Shown: positions 9,048 to 18,989 of the stretch, one piece after another
Layout: every line of letters starts with the position of its first letter
Numbering within the stretch: position 1 is the stretch's first letter
Assembly (NCBI GenBank): GCA_050250855.1
Contig: JBFWNW010000002.1
Span: 210,719-274,718 of the forward strand
Length of the DNA: 64,000 nucleotides
Direction: 5' to 3'
From: Candidatus Babeliales bacterium
Lineage (GTDB): Bacteria; Babelota; Babeliae; Babelales; JACPOV01
Notes under the pieces: model-generated
What the model was told of the DNA's origin: nothing
Databases searched by the model: none
Seen by the model: only the letters and a program-made list of their open reading frames with translations
Translations under genes and position numbers: made by a program

Positions 9048-9755
9048 ATGAAGCGCATACGCAGTTGCATAGCGCCAGCTATTATTATCTGTTCATCATT
9101 ACTGTTGCTACGCTCGGGATATCAGTATATACAAGCGCCGGGAGAGGTATATATTTCTTTTGATACTGTTCTTTCTTGCAAAGCTGCTCAAGAATTTTCT
9201 GATTATTGTACTGCTACTTTTCCTACGGTTGATCGTGCTACGTTTTGTAAAGTGGCACAAGAACATTTTCCTTATATAAAAGATATAGAAGTGCACCATC
9301 GTATGCTGGGCAAAGATAGACTAAAGGTGGCAGCTTATTATCCATGCTATCGCATTAATGAGCAAAAAATTCTTTTAGAATCAGGATCTTTTATTGATCA
9401 AGATTATTTTAATACAGAATGTAGAGAGGATTTATTTCATCTTTCTTGTACGCAGGACATTGTATTTTCATCCTCGGCAAGGAATTGGTTGCAAGAATAT
9501 GAAGATATTATTTTTGACTCTTTTTATGTAGCATTTAAAAATCCAACAGAGATTATATTAACAGATAAAAAAGATAGTTCTTTTAAAGTTGTTTGTTCAG
9601 AAAAAACAAGAATAGAACAAAAAGCTCTGGATTCGTATGCACAGATAAAAGAAATGATGAAGCGTTCTGGGCGTTTAAAAAAAGGGATATATTGCAAAGC
9701 AGATTTTCGCTTTAAAAATCAGATAATCGTGTCTTGCAAAAAGGGGGAGTCATGA
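9048..9755 (+). CDS. ftsQ: Divergent FtsQ/DivIB-like cell division protein
   Basis: N-terminal TM, POTRA-like FPYIKDIEVH segment, C-terminal DFRFKNQIIV (cf. DLR motif); directly upstream of ftsA-ftsZ. Confidence 0.6.
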   Translation: MKRIRSCIAPAIIICSSLLLLRSGYQYIQAPGEVYISFDTVLSCKAAQEFSDYCTATFPTVDRATFCKVAQEHFPYIKDIEVHHRMLGKDRLKVAAYYPCYRINEQKILLESGSFIDQDYFNTECREDLFHLSCTQDIVFSSSARNWLQEYEDIIFDSFYVAFKNPTEIILTDKKDSSFKVVCSEKTRIEQKALDSYAQIKEMMKRSGRLKKGIYCKADFRFKNQIIVSCKKGES

Positions 9756-10990
9756 AAGGGAAACTATTTTCGCATGAGCCGCTTATTGCTATTGATGTTG
9801 GCACAACCAAAATTTGTGTGCTGGTAGCACAACAAACGGGAGCTGAATCAATAGAATTGATAGGTGTTGGCAAAGCACCATCCGATGGTTTATCAAAGGG
9901 TGTTGTTGTTGATATTAATAAAACTATTCGTTCCATAAAAAAAGCAAAAGAAGAAGCTGAATTAATGGCGGGAATTAGTATAGAATCAGCATGTATAGGT
10001 ATTTCTGGAAGCCATATTCATTCTATAAACTCACAAGGCGTAGTGCCCATAAAAAGAAAAGAAGTAACGCATGAAGATATTAAGCATGTTTTAGAGTCTG
10101 CAAAAGCGGTGGCACTACCAGAGGGGCAGCAAATTCTCCATGTATTACCGCAGTACTATATTATTGATGGGCAAGATAAAGTGCGTGATCCTCTAGGTAT
10201 GCATGGTGTACGTTTGGAAGCGCAAGTGCATATTATTACGGGCTCAATTTCTTCAGTACAAAATTTAGTAAAATGCTGCGAGCAGGCTGACATAAAAGTA
10301 ACAGATATTGTACTTGAACAGTTAGCATCTGCCCTAGCGGTGCTCAGTCCAGATGAGCGCACCTTAGGCGTAGGTATTTTAGATATTGGTGGCGGGACGT
10401 CTGATTTTGCGTTGTATCATAATAATAGCATTATACATACCATGGTTTTACCTATCGCGGGAAATCACTTTACGAATGATTTGGCATTAGGGTTACGTAT
10501 TACTTTAGAAGATGCCGAATGTATTAAAAAAACATGCGGCTTTGCTTATCAGCATGATTTTCAAGAAGGAATTGTACAAGTTGAATCCGTGCAAGGAGGC
10601 GTGCATAAGCAAGTAACCTTGAGCGCATTGGGTTCAATTTTAATGCCCCGTGCAGAAGAGTTATTTTTACTTATTAATAAAGAATTAAAAAAATATTCTT
10701 TCAAGCCATTAATGCCGGCAGGTCTTGTTTTGACTGGTGGTGGTGCGTTGCTTGAAGGTATGCAAGAATTGGCAGAGAAGATTTTTGAAATGCCTGTTCG
10801 CATAGGAAGACCTCGTGCTGATAATAAATTGTTATTAGAATCACTTGATCATCCAAAATATGCTACTGGTTATGGACTTTTATTACATGTAATTGCGCAC
10901 AATAAAGATTCATCATTACATGCGCTACAAGGGGCATTATTGCAGCGCCTTGCAGCTCGCATGAAAACATGGGTATCAGATTTTTTTTAA
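9752..10990 (+). CDS. ftsA: Cell division protein FtsA
   Basis: IDVGTTKI, DIGGGTSD, VLTGGGA, YATGYGLL, C-terminal amphipathic helix. Confidence 0.97.
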   Translation: MKGKLFSHEPLIAIDVGTTKICVLVAQQTGAESIELIGVGKAPSDGLSKGVVVDINKTIRSIKKAKEEAELMAGISIESACIGISGSHIHSINSQGVVPIKRKEVTHEDIKHVLESAKAVALPEGQQILHVLPQYYIIDGQDKVRDPLGMHGVRLEAQVHIITGSISSVQNLVKCCEQADIKVTDIVLEQLASALAVLSPDERTLGVGILDIGGGTSDFALYHNNSIIHTMVLPIAGNHFTNDLALGLRITLEDAECIKKTCGFAYQHDFQEGIVQVESVQGGVHKQVTLSALGSILMPRAEELFLLINKELKKYSFKPLMPAGLVLTGGGALLEGMQELAEKIFEMPVRIGRPRADNKLLLESLDHPKYATGYGLLLHVIAHNKDSSLHALQGALLQRLAARMKTWVSDFF

Positions 10991-11014
10991 GAAAGAACCA
11001 ATAAAGGGGGAGCT

Positions 11015-12178
11015 ATGATCGATTTTGTTGAAGAAAAAAAAGAGTTCAGCGCAGGAGTTTCTATTAAAGTTTTAGGAATTGGCGGTGCTGGCGGTAATAC
11101 CGTAAACAGTATGATTGATGCTGGTTTTGAAGGTATTGATTTTATTGTAGCAAATACTGATGCACAAGCATTACACTTATCAAAGGCACGCAATAAAATT
11201 CAGCTTGGCGTAAAATCAACCAAAGGCCTGGGTACTGGTGCAAATCCAGAACTGGGAAAACGAGCTGCAGAAGAAGATCTTGAAAAAGTAATGGAAGCTT
11301 TAGAAGATGCAGATATTGTATTTTTGACTGGCGGCATGGGCGGCGGCACAGGATCTGGCGCATTGCCCGTTGTAGCGCATGCACTTAAAGAAAAAGGTAT
11401 TTTATCAATTGCTGTTGTTACCAAGCCGTTTGTTTTTGAAGGAAAACGCCGTGCGCAAGTAGCAGAGAATTCTTTAGAACTTCTGAAAAAAGAAATTGAT
11501 ACGTTAATTATTATGCCGAATCAAAAACTACTTGATGTTGTTGATAAACATGTTTCTATGATTGATGCTTTTGCCATGATTAATGAAGTTTTAAATAGAT
11601 CCGTTAAAGGTATTGCTGATATTATTGCAAAAACAGGGCATATGAATGTTGATTTTGCAGACGTTCGCACTATCATGAAAGATATGGGACTTGCTGTTAT
11701 GGGAACGGGCAGAGCAAGCGGCGAAGACCGTGCAGAACTTGCTGCAATGGAAGCAATCGAATCGCCATTGCTTGAGAATATGAGCATTGCTGGAGCGCGT
11801 GGCGTATTGCTTAATATTACGGGCGGCAAAAACTTAGGGCTCCATGAAATCAGACAAGCGGCGAATATTATTTATGAACAAGCTGATGAAAACGCCAATA
11901 TTATTCTAGGTTCTGTTATTGATGATTCGTTAACTGATGAAGTAATTGTTACCGTTATTGCAACGGGCTTTGAATCAAAAAATGCTCAAGAATGCAAAAA
12001 ACAAGAAGAGCCAATGCCGGTTAAAGCTACTATTAAAGATGGTTCAATGCAGTATGAAAAAGTAATGCCAGACTATAAAAAAGAAGAAGCAAAGAAATAT
12101 GAATTGAGCTCTGTTGATGATCTTGATATTCCAACATTTATGCGTAAAAAAGAAGGCACAACAGGAAGAATTGACTAG
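11015..12178 (+). CDS. ftsZ: Cell division protein FtsZ
   Basis: GGAGGN, GGGTGSG, NVDFADV, C-terminal DLDIPTFMRK. Confidence 0.98.
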   Translation: MIDFVEEKKEFSAGVSIKVLGIGGAGGNTVNSMIDAGFEGIDFIVANTDAQALHLSKARNKIQLGVKSTKGLGTGANPELGKRAAEEDLEKVMEALEDADIVFLTGGMGGGTGSGALPVVAHALKEKGILSIAVVTKPFVFEGKRRAQVAENSLELLKKEIDTLIIMPNQKLLDVVDKHVSMIDAFAMINEVLNRSVKGIADIIAKTGHMNVDFADVRTIMKDMGLAVMGTGRASGEDRAELAAMEAIESPLLENMSIAGARGVLLNITGGKNLGLHEIRQAANIIYEQADENANIILGSVIDDSLTDEVIVTVIATGFESKNAQECKKQEEPMPVKATIKDGSMQYEKVMPDYKKEEAKKYELSSVDDLDIPTFMRKKEGTTGRID

Positions 12179-12179
12179 A

Positions 12180-12318
12180 GCTTTATCCTTCCCAGGCTTC
12201 GCATAATCCGCCTTCGTTAAAACTTCTTCGGACTAAAGAGCTTCGCCGGGCAAGCTGATACAATTTTCTACGCAAATCACTCAGGATGAGCGTATATTTT
12301 TATGCGCTCATCTTGTCT
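12180..12318. repeat. REP-like repeat (locus B) directly after the ftsZ stop
   Basis: Inverted copy of 8755-8837, followed by aaatcactcaggatgagcg and the start of a partner unit, gcgctcatcttg. Confidence 0.88.
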
Positions 12319-12380
12319 GTTTTTTTCTTCGTAGTACGCTAACAAATGATTTTAATAAAAAAATATACGGAGAGAAATGT

Positions 12381-13811
12381 ATGATTTCACTTAAAAAAAA
12401 GAGTACTCTAGAAGTAGTATTTGGCGTAACAGCTTTCATTATATTATTGATGATAGGATCACATTTCCTGAGCAAAAGATCATTACAAGAAAAATATATT
12501 GCCGCGGTTATCACCTCATTTAATAATGCACCATGGGTAGAAAAAAATTTAGATTCTATTTTTGCACAAGATTATAAAAATTTTCATATTTTTTATATAG
12601 ACGATTGTTCAACTGATGGTACTGCAGACAAGGTGCAGGAGTATATACAAAAAAGAAATTTAGAAAACTACTTAACGCTTATTAAAAATGAAACACGCTC
12701 AGTAAAAATGCTTAATTTATATAAAATATATCATCAACTTGATGATTGGGCTCTTGTTGCTCAAATTGATGGTGATGATTGGTTGGAAAATAAGCATGTT
12801 TTTAAAACTATCAATGAAGCGTATGCTAAAGATATATGGCTTGCTTATACGCAATTTTCTATGACAACGGGTGGTAAAGGTTCAAATGCAGTGCCACCAG
12901 CATGGGTGCAGTGGCAGGGTGCTTTTAGAAAATATAAGTCGACATGGTTTATGTATAGTCATTTAAAAACTTTTTATGCATGGCTTTTCAAGCAGATAAA
13001 ACTACAAGATTTTATTGATGATGCTACCGGTAAATTTTTACCAAGTAATGATGACGTACTTATGATGTATCCTATGCTTGAGATGGCGCGCAATAATTTT
13101 TCATTTATTCCAAAAAGCTGTTATGTATGGAATGTTTCACCTGGCTTTAGACCGGAGCTACGCTTGCAGAGTAATCCAGATTTTCAAGAACAGTTTTTTA
13201 AAAAACCTGCATATCAAGCGTTTGAAAAAAATCTTTTGAAAAAAATGAATCAAGGCGATTACAAAGTAGATATTATACTGTTGGCTTTGCGTGGTGGAGC
13301 GGATATAGAGCAGTGTATTGATGCTCTTAAAAAAAATGTTTCTGGTTTTACAAAAATTATAGTACTTACACATAAGCTAGAACATGTGCAAGCTATCAAG
13401 CAGGATGATACAATTTCAGTGGCATTACTAGATTCATATAATATAGGGAAAAATCAGCTGAGTGATTATTTCTTGATTATTGATGATGAATATGCATTTT
13501 CTGAAAAAATATCATTACAAGAATGGGCTCAAGAATTAGAAAAAACGAAAGCGGATGCTTTTTATTGCAAGCAGGCACAGGAGCTTTCTTCGTGCTATCA
13601 GCCGTTATATAATTCTTTGTGTGCATGGAAGTATGGTTTTAAAAAATCTGAAGACATTGATTTGAGTAATTATTTTGGACTGTATAGAAAACAGGCAGCA
13701 GATGATATAGTGCAAAAAATAGTATATAATAAAGAATTATATAATCATGATAACTCGGTAGTTGGTTTAGCGTACGAAAAACCTTTACTCAAAAAAATTG
13801 AACATATATGA
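12381..13811 (+). CDS. Family 2 glycosyltransferase, N-terminal membrane anchor, degenerate second domain
   Basis: VITSFN, IDDCSTDGT, IDGDDW motifs. Confidence 0.88.
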   Translation: MISLKKKSTLEVVFGVTAFIILLMIGSHFLSKRSLQEKYIAAVITSFNNAPWVEKNLDSIFAQDYKNFHIFYIDDCSTDGTADKVQEYIQKRNLENYLTLIKNETRSVKMLNLYKIYHQLDDWALVAQIDGDDWLENKHVFKTINEAYAKDIWLAYTQFSMTTGGKGSNAVPPAWVQWQGAFRKYKSTWFMYSHLKTFYAWLFKQIKLQDFIDDATGKFLPSNDDVLMMYPMLEMARNNFSFIPKSCYVWNVSPGFRPELRLQSNPDFQEQFFKKPAYQAFEKNLLKKMNQGDYKVDIILLALRGGADIEQCIDALKKNVSGFTKIIVLTHKLEHVQAIKQDDTISVALLDSYNIGKNQLSDYFLIIDDEYAFSEKISLQEWAQELEKTKADAFYCKQAQELSSCYQPLYNSLCAWKYGFKKSEDIDLSNYFGLYRKQAADDIVQKIVYNKELYNHDNSVVGLAYEKPLLKKIEHI

Positions 13812-14524
13812 TTTATCACGCAGAAGGGCTTTTTCAGATTGCATTTGGTAATGCCTCCTTTTCTTTTAATCCGAAAAAAATTAAAGAAAAAAATTTATTA
13901 CAGCAAATTCCTTTTGAAAAACTTAATCCTATTATGAAGTTGCGTCATCTTGTTTTTCTGCATCAAATTCATGGCAAGGATGGCTTAGCACTCAAATCAT
14001 TACCTCAGGTGCGCACTATTAAACCATTTTCAATAGATGGTGATTTTTTAGTAACGCAACTTTCTCATGTCGGGTTGGCAATTGCAACAGCAGATTGTTT
14101 ACCGATTATTTTATTTTGTCCACGAACACTTACGGTTGCCTTGATACATGCTGGTTGGCGCGGCGCGGTGCAAAAAGTTGCCGCTGCAGCTTTAGAATAT
14201 ATGGAGCGACTGTATCAGGTAAACCCTACGCAAGTACGGGTATTTTTTGGCCCCAGTGCTAAAAGTTGTTGCTATGCTGTTGGCAGTGAAGTTATAGACT
14301 CTCTTAATGCCTTTAGCTATAAAGATGATGTTTTGAAAACAAGGGGTACAGAGACCTTTTTTGACCTTCCCCGTTTTAATATGATACAGCTTCAAGATGC
14401 GGGTATTCCTATAGCCTCATGTAACACTACGTATAATATATGCACCATTTGTGATCCTTCATTTTGCTCATATCGGCGGGATAAGAATGTACAACGGCAG
14501 ATGACCGTTGTGGCATTAAGGTAA
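13808..14524 (+). CDS. pgeF: Peptidoglycan editing factor PgeF / YfiH family
   Basis: QIHG, TADCLP, HAGWRG, CTIC, SYRR. Confidence 0.9.
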   Translation: MIYHAEGLFQIAFGNASFSFNPKKIKEKNLLQQIPFEKLNPIMKLRHLVFLHQIHGKDGLALKSLPQVRTIKPFSIDGDFLVTQLSHVGLAIATADCLPIILFCPRTLTVALIHAGWRGAVQKVAAAALEYMERLYQVNPTQVRVFFGPSAKSCCYAVGSEVIDSLNAFSYKDDVLKTRGTETFFDLPRFNMIQLQDAGIPIASCNTTYNICTICDPSFCSYRRDKNVQRQMTVVALR

Positions 14525-14600
14525 GAATAAAAGCATAGTTGTTGAGGCAATTGCTGATCTGTGCTAGATTAAAGAAAAAATATTATCTTAGGAATTGATT

Positions 14601-17135
14601 ATGATAGCACGTATTTTATCTCTTATTTTGGGCACCAATAATGCCCGCCAATTACGCAAATTAGAGCCGATAGTAAAACAAATTAATGCTCTAGAGCCTT
14701 CAATGAAAGCTTTATCTGATGAACAGCTAGCGGCAAAAACAGTAGAATTTCGCCAGCAACTTGCACAGGGTAAAAAGCTTGATGATATTTTACCAGAAGC
14801 ATTTGCCGTAGTCCGTGAAGCATCGCGCCGTATCTTAGGCCAGCGTCATTATGACGTACAGCTTATGGGTGGTATGATTTTGCATCAAGGAAAAATTTCT
14901 GAAATGAAAACAGGCGAAGGAAAAACGCTTACGGCAACACTTCCTTTATACTTGAATGCTCTTGAAGGTAAAGGTGCTCACTTAGTGACCGTGAACGATT
15001 ATTTAGCACGTCGAGATGCTGCCTGGATGAGTCCTGTATTTGAATTTTTAGGCTTAACCGTTGGCGTTATACAAAACCAGATGTCAGATGAAGATCGTAA
15101 AAAAGCGTATCAATGTGATATTTTGTATGCTACCAATAATGAGTTAGGTTTTGATTATTTAAAAGATAATATGAAATTTCGCTTAGAAGATTATGTGCAG
15201 CGTGATTTGAACTATGCAATCGTTGATGAGGTTGACTCAATTTTAATTGATGAAGCGCGAACGCCCCTTATTATTTCCGGTTCTTCTGAAGAAAAAAGTC
15301 ATTTATATGTTCAAATTGATAAAGTAATTCCTCGTTTAAAAAAAGATGAAGATTACGAAGTTGATGAAAAACAACGTACGGTTCAATTAACTGAATCGGG
15401 TAATGATAAAGTTGAAGCAGCACTTGGTCTTGAGAATATTTACGATATTAAAAATTTAAATACTCTGCATCATGTCAATCAGGCATTACGCGCGCATGTA
15501 CTTTTTAAGCGTGACGTTGATTATGTTGTCAAAGATGGAGAAGTTTTAATTGTTGATGAATTTACCGGACGTATTTTGCCAGGTCGCCGTTATAGTGACG
15601 GTTTGCATCAAGCAATTGAAGCAAAAGAAGGAGTTAAGGTTGAACGTGAAAGCCAAACATTAGCTTCAATTACTTTGCAAAACTTTTTCAGACTTTATAA
15701 AAAATTGGCTGGTATGACCGGTACGGCAGTAACCGAAGCTGAAGAGTTTCATCGTATCTATAAATTGGATGTAGTGACTGTTCCTACTAATAAACCAATG
15801 ATTCGTCTTGATAAGCCAGATGTTATTTATCTTACTAAGAATGCAAAATACAAAGCAATTGCAGAAGATATTGAGGAGCGTCATAAAAAAGGGCAACCGG
15901 TTTTAATTGGTACCATTGCTATTGAAACCTCTGAACTTATTAGTAATGTTTTAGAAAAACATGGCATTCCTCATGACGTTTTAAATGCAAAGCAGCATGC
16001 ACGTGAGGCAGATATTGTTGCCAATGCTGGTCAAGCTGGGCGTGTTACTATTGCAACAAACATGGCTGGTCGTGGTACTGATATTAAGCTAACGCCAGAA
16101 GCGGTAGATGCAGGAGGTCTTTATATTCTAGGAACAGAGCGTCATGAAAGTAGACGCATAGATAACCAGTTACGCGGACGTTCTGGGCGCCAAGGAGATC
16201 CGGGTGAATCTCGCTTTTATATTTCATTAGAAGATGACCTCATTCGTATTTTTTCTGGTGGCGGTGATTCTCTGAAAAAAAATATGGAACGTGTTGGTAT
16301 GACTGAAGATGAGGCGATTGAATCAAAATTCATGTCAAAAACTATTGAACGTTCTCAAGAAAAAGTTGAAAAACATAATTTTGAAATGCGTAAGCATTTA
16401 CTTGAATATGATGACGTACTTAATCAACAACGTATGGTTATTTACCGTTATCGCCGTGAAGTCCTTGAAGGTTCTCAACAGATTCAAGACCTTTTCTTTG
16501 ATATGCTTGTTGGCGTGGTCCAAGATATTTTAGAGCGTTTGGCACCAAAAGGAGTTATTACTAAAGAGCGTTTTGAAGAGATGCTCAAAATTATTCATGC
16601 ACTTTCTGGTATGCCGCTAGAAATACTTAAACAAGCAAACTTTAACTATAGTTCACAAGGCACACTTTCTCGTGATGTTATTGCATTCTTAATGAAGCAT
16701 TATGAAGAGCAACGTCGTGCTAAGGATGCTGCAAGAATTCATGATGCAGAAAAATGGCTCATGCTTGAAATGATTGATCAAGCATGGAAGCAGCATATGC
16801 TTAATCTTGATCATTTAAAAGAGGGTATCGGCTTGCGAGGTTGGGGCCAGAAGAATCCTTTGATTGAATACAAACGAGAAGCATTCTATATGTTCCAGGA
16901 TATGATGCGCGCGATCAGATTTGACGTTGTGTATAATGTTTTCCATCTTAATCTTGAGCATTTTAATAAACAAGATTTAGAAAAAAAGCGTGAAGCTGAA
17001 CTTGCTGAACTTCATATGGCTGCGAGTGCTCAAGAAGAACCAAAGCAAATGGTACGCGAAGGTGATAAAGTTGGGCGCAACGATCCTTGCACATGTGGGT
17101 CTGGTAAGAAATATAAAAAATGCTGCATGAAGTAA
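14601..17135 (+). CDS. secA: Preprotein translocase ATPase SecA
   Basis: MKTGEGKT, DEVDSILIDEARTPLIIS, TNMAGRGTDI, C-terminal GRNDPCTCGSGKKYKKC. Confidence 0.98.
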   Translation: MIARILSLILGTNNARQLRKLEPIVKQINALEPSMKALSDEQLAAKTVEFRQQLAQGKKLDDILPEAFAVVREASRRILGQRHYDVQLMGGMILHQGKISEMKTGEGKTLTATLPLYLNALEGKGAHLVTVNDYLARRDAAWMSPVFEFLGLTVGVIQNQMSDEDRKKAYQCDILYATNNELGFDYLKDNMKFRLEDYVQRDLNYAIVDEVDSILIDEARTPLIISGSSEEKSHLYVQIDKVIPRLKKDEDYEVDEKQRTVQLTESGNDKVEAALGLENIYDIKNLNTLHHVNQALRAHVLFKRDVDYVVKDGEVLIVDEFTGRILPGRRYSDGLHQAIEAKEGVKVERESQTLASITLQNFFRLYKKLAGMTGTAVTEAEEFHRIYKLDVVTVPTNKPMIRLDKPDVIYLTKNAKYKAIAEDIEERHKKGQPVLIGTIAIETSELISNVLEKHGIPHDVLNAKQHAREADIVANAGQAGRVTIATNMAGRGTDIKLTPEAVDAGGLYILGTERHESRRIDNQLRGRSGRQGDPGESRFYISLEDDLIRIFSGGGDSLKKNMERVGMTEDEAIESKFMSKTIERSQEKVEKHNFEMRKHLLEYDDVLNQQRMVIYRYRREVLEGSQQIQDLFFDMLVGVVQDILERLAPKGVITKERFEEMLKIIHALSGMPLEILKQANFNYSSQGTLSRDVIAFLMKHYEEQRRAKDAARIHDAEKWLMLEMIDQAWKQHMLNLDHLKEGIGLRGWGQKNPLIEYKREAFYMFQDMMRAIRFDVVYNVFHLNLEHFNKQDLEKKREAELAELHMAASAQEEPKQMVREGDKVGRNDPCTCGSGKKYKKCCMK

Positions 17136-17380
17136 CAGTTTTAAAAACTTTTGAGTTTTATTTTAAGATTAACGATTTTTTTTGCTTTCATAAATCTTAC
17201 GGCGCCTTCATGCCAGGCGCAGGGCATAAGGGTATTGCGTGCCCAATACCCTTAACACAAGGGCACATAAGAGAAGATCTCTTATGTATCTCTCTGCACT
17301 CATAACTCGGCTTCCAGATTTTTTCCAAAAATCTGAGAAGCTCTCAAACCTATGAGCTTTCAAGGTGCATAAAATTAAAT

Positions 17381-17668
17381 TGACTCTTCGATACAATTTA
17401 CTACGTAAATCTTTCAGAGTGAAAGCGGAATAAAGATAGAAATTATATTTATGCGCTCATCTTGCCTGTCCTGCCGTGCCCGACGTAGCTTTTATGCGAA
17501 GTCTGGGAGTTTATCGAAGGGAGTGTTTTTCCGCTAGGAAAAATGTATCAGCCTGCCCGGCGAAGCTCTTTAGTCCGAAGAAGTTTTAACGAAGGCGGAT
17601 TATGCGAAAGCCTGGGAAAGATAAAGCGCCTGAAAAGGGGCTGGCTCTGTTCCGAATAGGGCCATGAG
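17381..17668. repeat. Composite nested REP-like element (locus C) between convergent secA and galE
   Basis: Convergent pair of palindromic units; the right part matches locus A, with an extra doubly nested insert at 17464-17520. Confidence 0.88.
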
Positions 17669-17692
17669 TAATTTTAAATACAAAGTAATATT

Positions 17693-18700
17693 TTAAAACT
17701 TCAATTCCTGGCTAATTCTATTACTATTAAGCTCAGTATGCTCAAAGGCAAGAGCAGAACTAATAATAAATTCCAGCTCAGAGTACTTTGGTTGCCATTG
17801 CAAAATGGTTTGAGCTTTAGTTGGATCAGCAACCAAAATGGCTGGATCACCAGCGCGGCGTTTTTCCCACTGTATTTTAATTGGCATTTTAGTTATAGCC
17901 TCTACCGTTTGTACCATTTGTTTGACCGATGTTCCTTTGCCGGTACCTAAATTAAAATAATCAGACTGCTTTCCTTGCTCTAAATGCTTAAGTGCTGCCA
18001 CATGTGCATGCGCTATATCAAGAACATGCAAATAATCACGTATTGCGGTACCATCTTTTGTTTCATAATCATTGCCAAATACAGAAAATGGTGTTTGTTT
18101 GCGCGCAGCTTGCAAAAGGAGGGGGATAATATGTGTTTCCGGTTTGTGCTGTTCACCCAAACCTTCTTGTGCTAATGCACCGGCAGCATTAAAATAACGC
18201 AAGCATATTGAGCGTATGCCGTACGCGTGTCCAACGTCTTGCAAGATCGCCTCCACCATAGCTTTTGTTTTGCCGTAGGGCGAAATTGGGTTATGTGGAT
18301 GATCTTCGGTTAAAGGGATTTTTTGTGGCGTGCCATAGACTGCGCAGCTTGAAGAAAAAATAATCTGTTGAATTTGGTGTGCGCGTAAGATATTAAGTAA
18401 GGCTATAGTTTTGCTGACATTATTTTCATAAAATTTCAGGGGATGTTTTACTGATTCACCAACTTCTATGCAAGCAGCAAAATGCATTACGGCTTTAATA
18501 GGATAAGTTGTTAGCACTTTAGTAAGAACTGTTTCATCTGCATAATCTGCACGAATAATAGTAGCCCAGGAAGGGTTACAATATTGGTTATGTACAAAGG
18601 AATCAATAATAACAGGATGATAACCAGATTTTGCCAAAAGATACGCGGTATGAGATCCTATGTATCCTGCACCGCCTAAAACTAATACTGCTTGTTGCAT
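17693..18700 (-). CDS. galE: UDP-glucose 4-epimerase
   Basis: GGAGYIGSH, FSSSCAVYG, YGKTK, LRYFNAAGA, RDYLHV. Confidence 0.95.
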   Translation of the reverse strand: MQQAVLVLGGAGYIGSHTAYLLAKSGYHPVIIDSFVHNQYCNPSWATIIRADYADETVLTKVLTTYPIKAVMHFAACIEVGESVKHPLKFYENNVSKTIALLNILRAHQIQQIIFSSSCAVYGTPQKIPLTEDHPHNPISPYGKTKAMVEAILQDVGHAYGIRSICLRYFNAAGALAQEGLGEQHKPETHIIPLLLQAARKQTPFSVFGNDYETKDGTAIRDYLHVLDIAHAHVAALKHLEQGKQSDYFNLGTGKGTSVKQMVQTVEAITKMPIKIQWEKRRAGDPAILVADPTKAQTILQWQPKYSELEFIISSALAFEHTELNSNRISQELKF

Positions 18701-18722
18701 ACTAAAACCTTTTTTTAAATTA

Positions 18723-18889
18723 GAGCTTATCGCAAAATTAAAAAACTTTTGCAGTTTTATACTTCGACTCGGGTAAAAACCCTCGCTCAGTATGACCGGG
18801 TTCTCTGTCTCCCTGCCTGTCCTGAGTATTCGCGAAGGGAGCGAGCAGAGTGAGTCGAAGGGTAAATTTATGATTTTTGCGATAAGCTC
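18723..18889. mobile_element. 167 bp MITE-like element (15 bp TIR, TTA direct repeats) carrying a REP-like doublet (locus D)
   Basis: TTA|GAGCTTATCGCAAAA ... TTTTGCGATAAGCTC|TTA; internal tacttcga...ctcagta unit and ccct[insert]gagc...gtcgaaggg unit. Confidence 0.8.
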
Positions 18890-18940
18890 TTATTACTTTT
18901 GAATTACTGTAATGAAAAATAAGGTTTTTGTATAGAAAAG

Positions 18941-18968
18941 AAAAGGCCTGAATATCTCAGGCCTTTTT
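18941..18968 (-). terminator. Rho-independent (bidirectional-looking) terminator
   Basis: aaaaggcctga-atatc-tcaggcctttt. Confidence 0.8.
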
Positions 18969-18989
18969 TAGATAATGATTTTACTATCT

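Noticed and set aside
17196..17372. tmRNA, RNase P, SRP or 6S assignment
   Set aside because: Diagnostic conserved motifs not found; kept only as an unassigned structured region.
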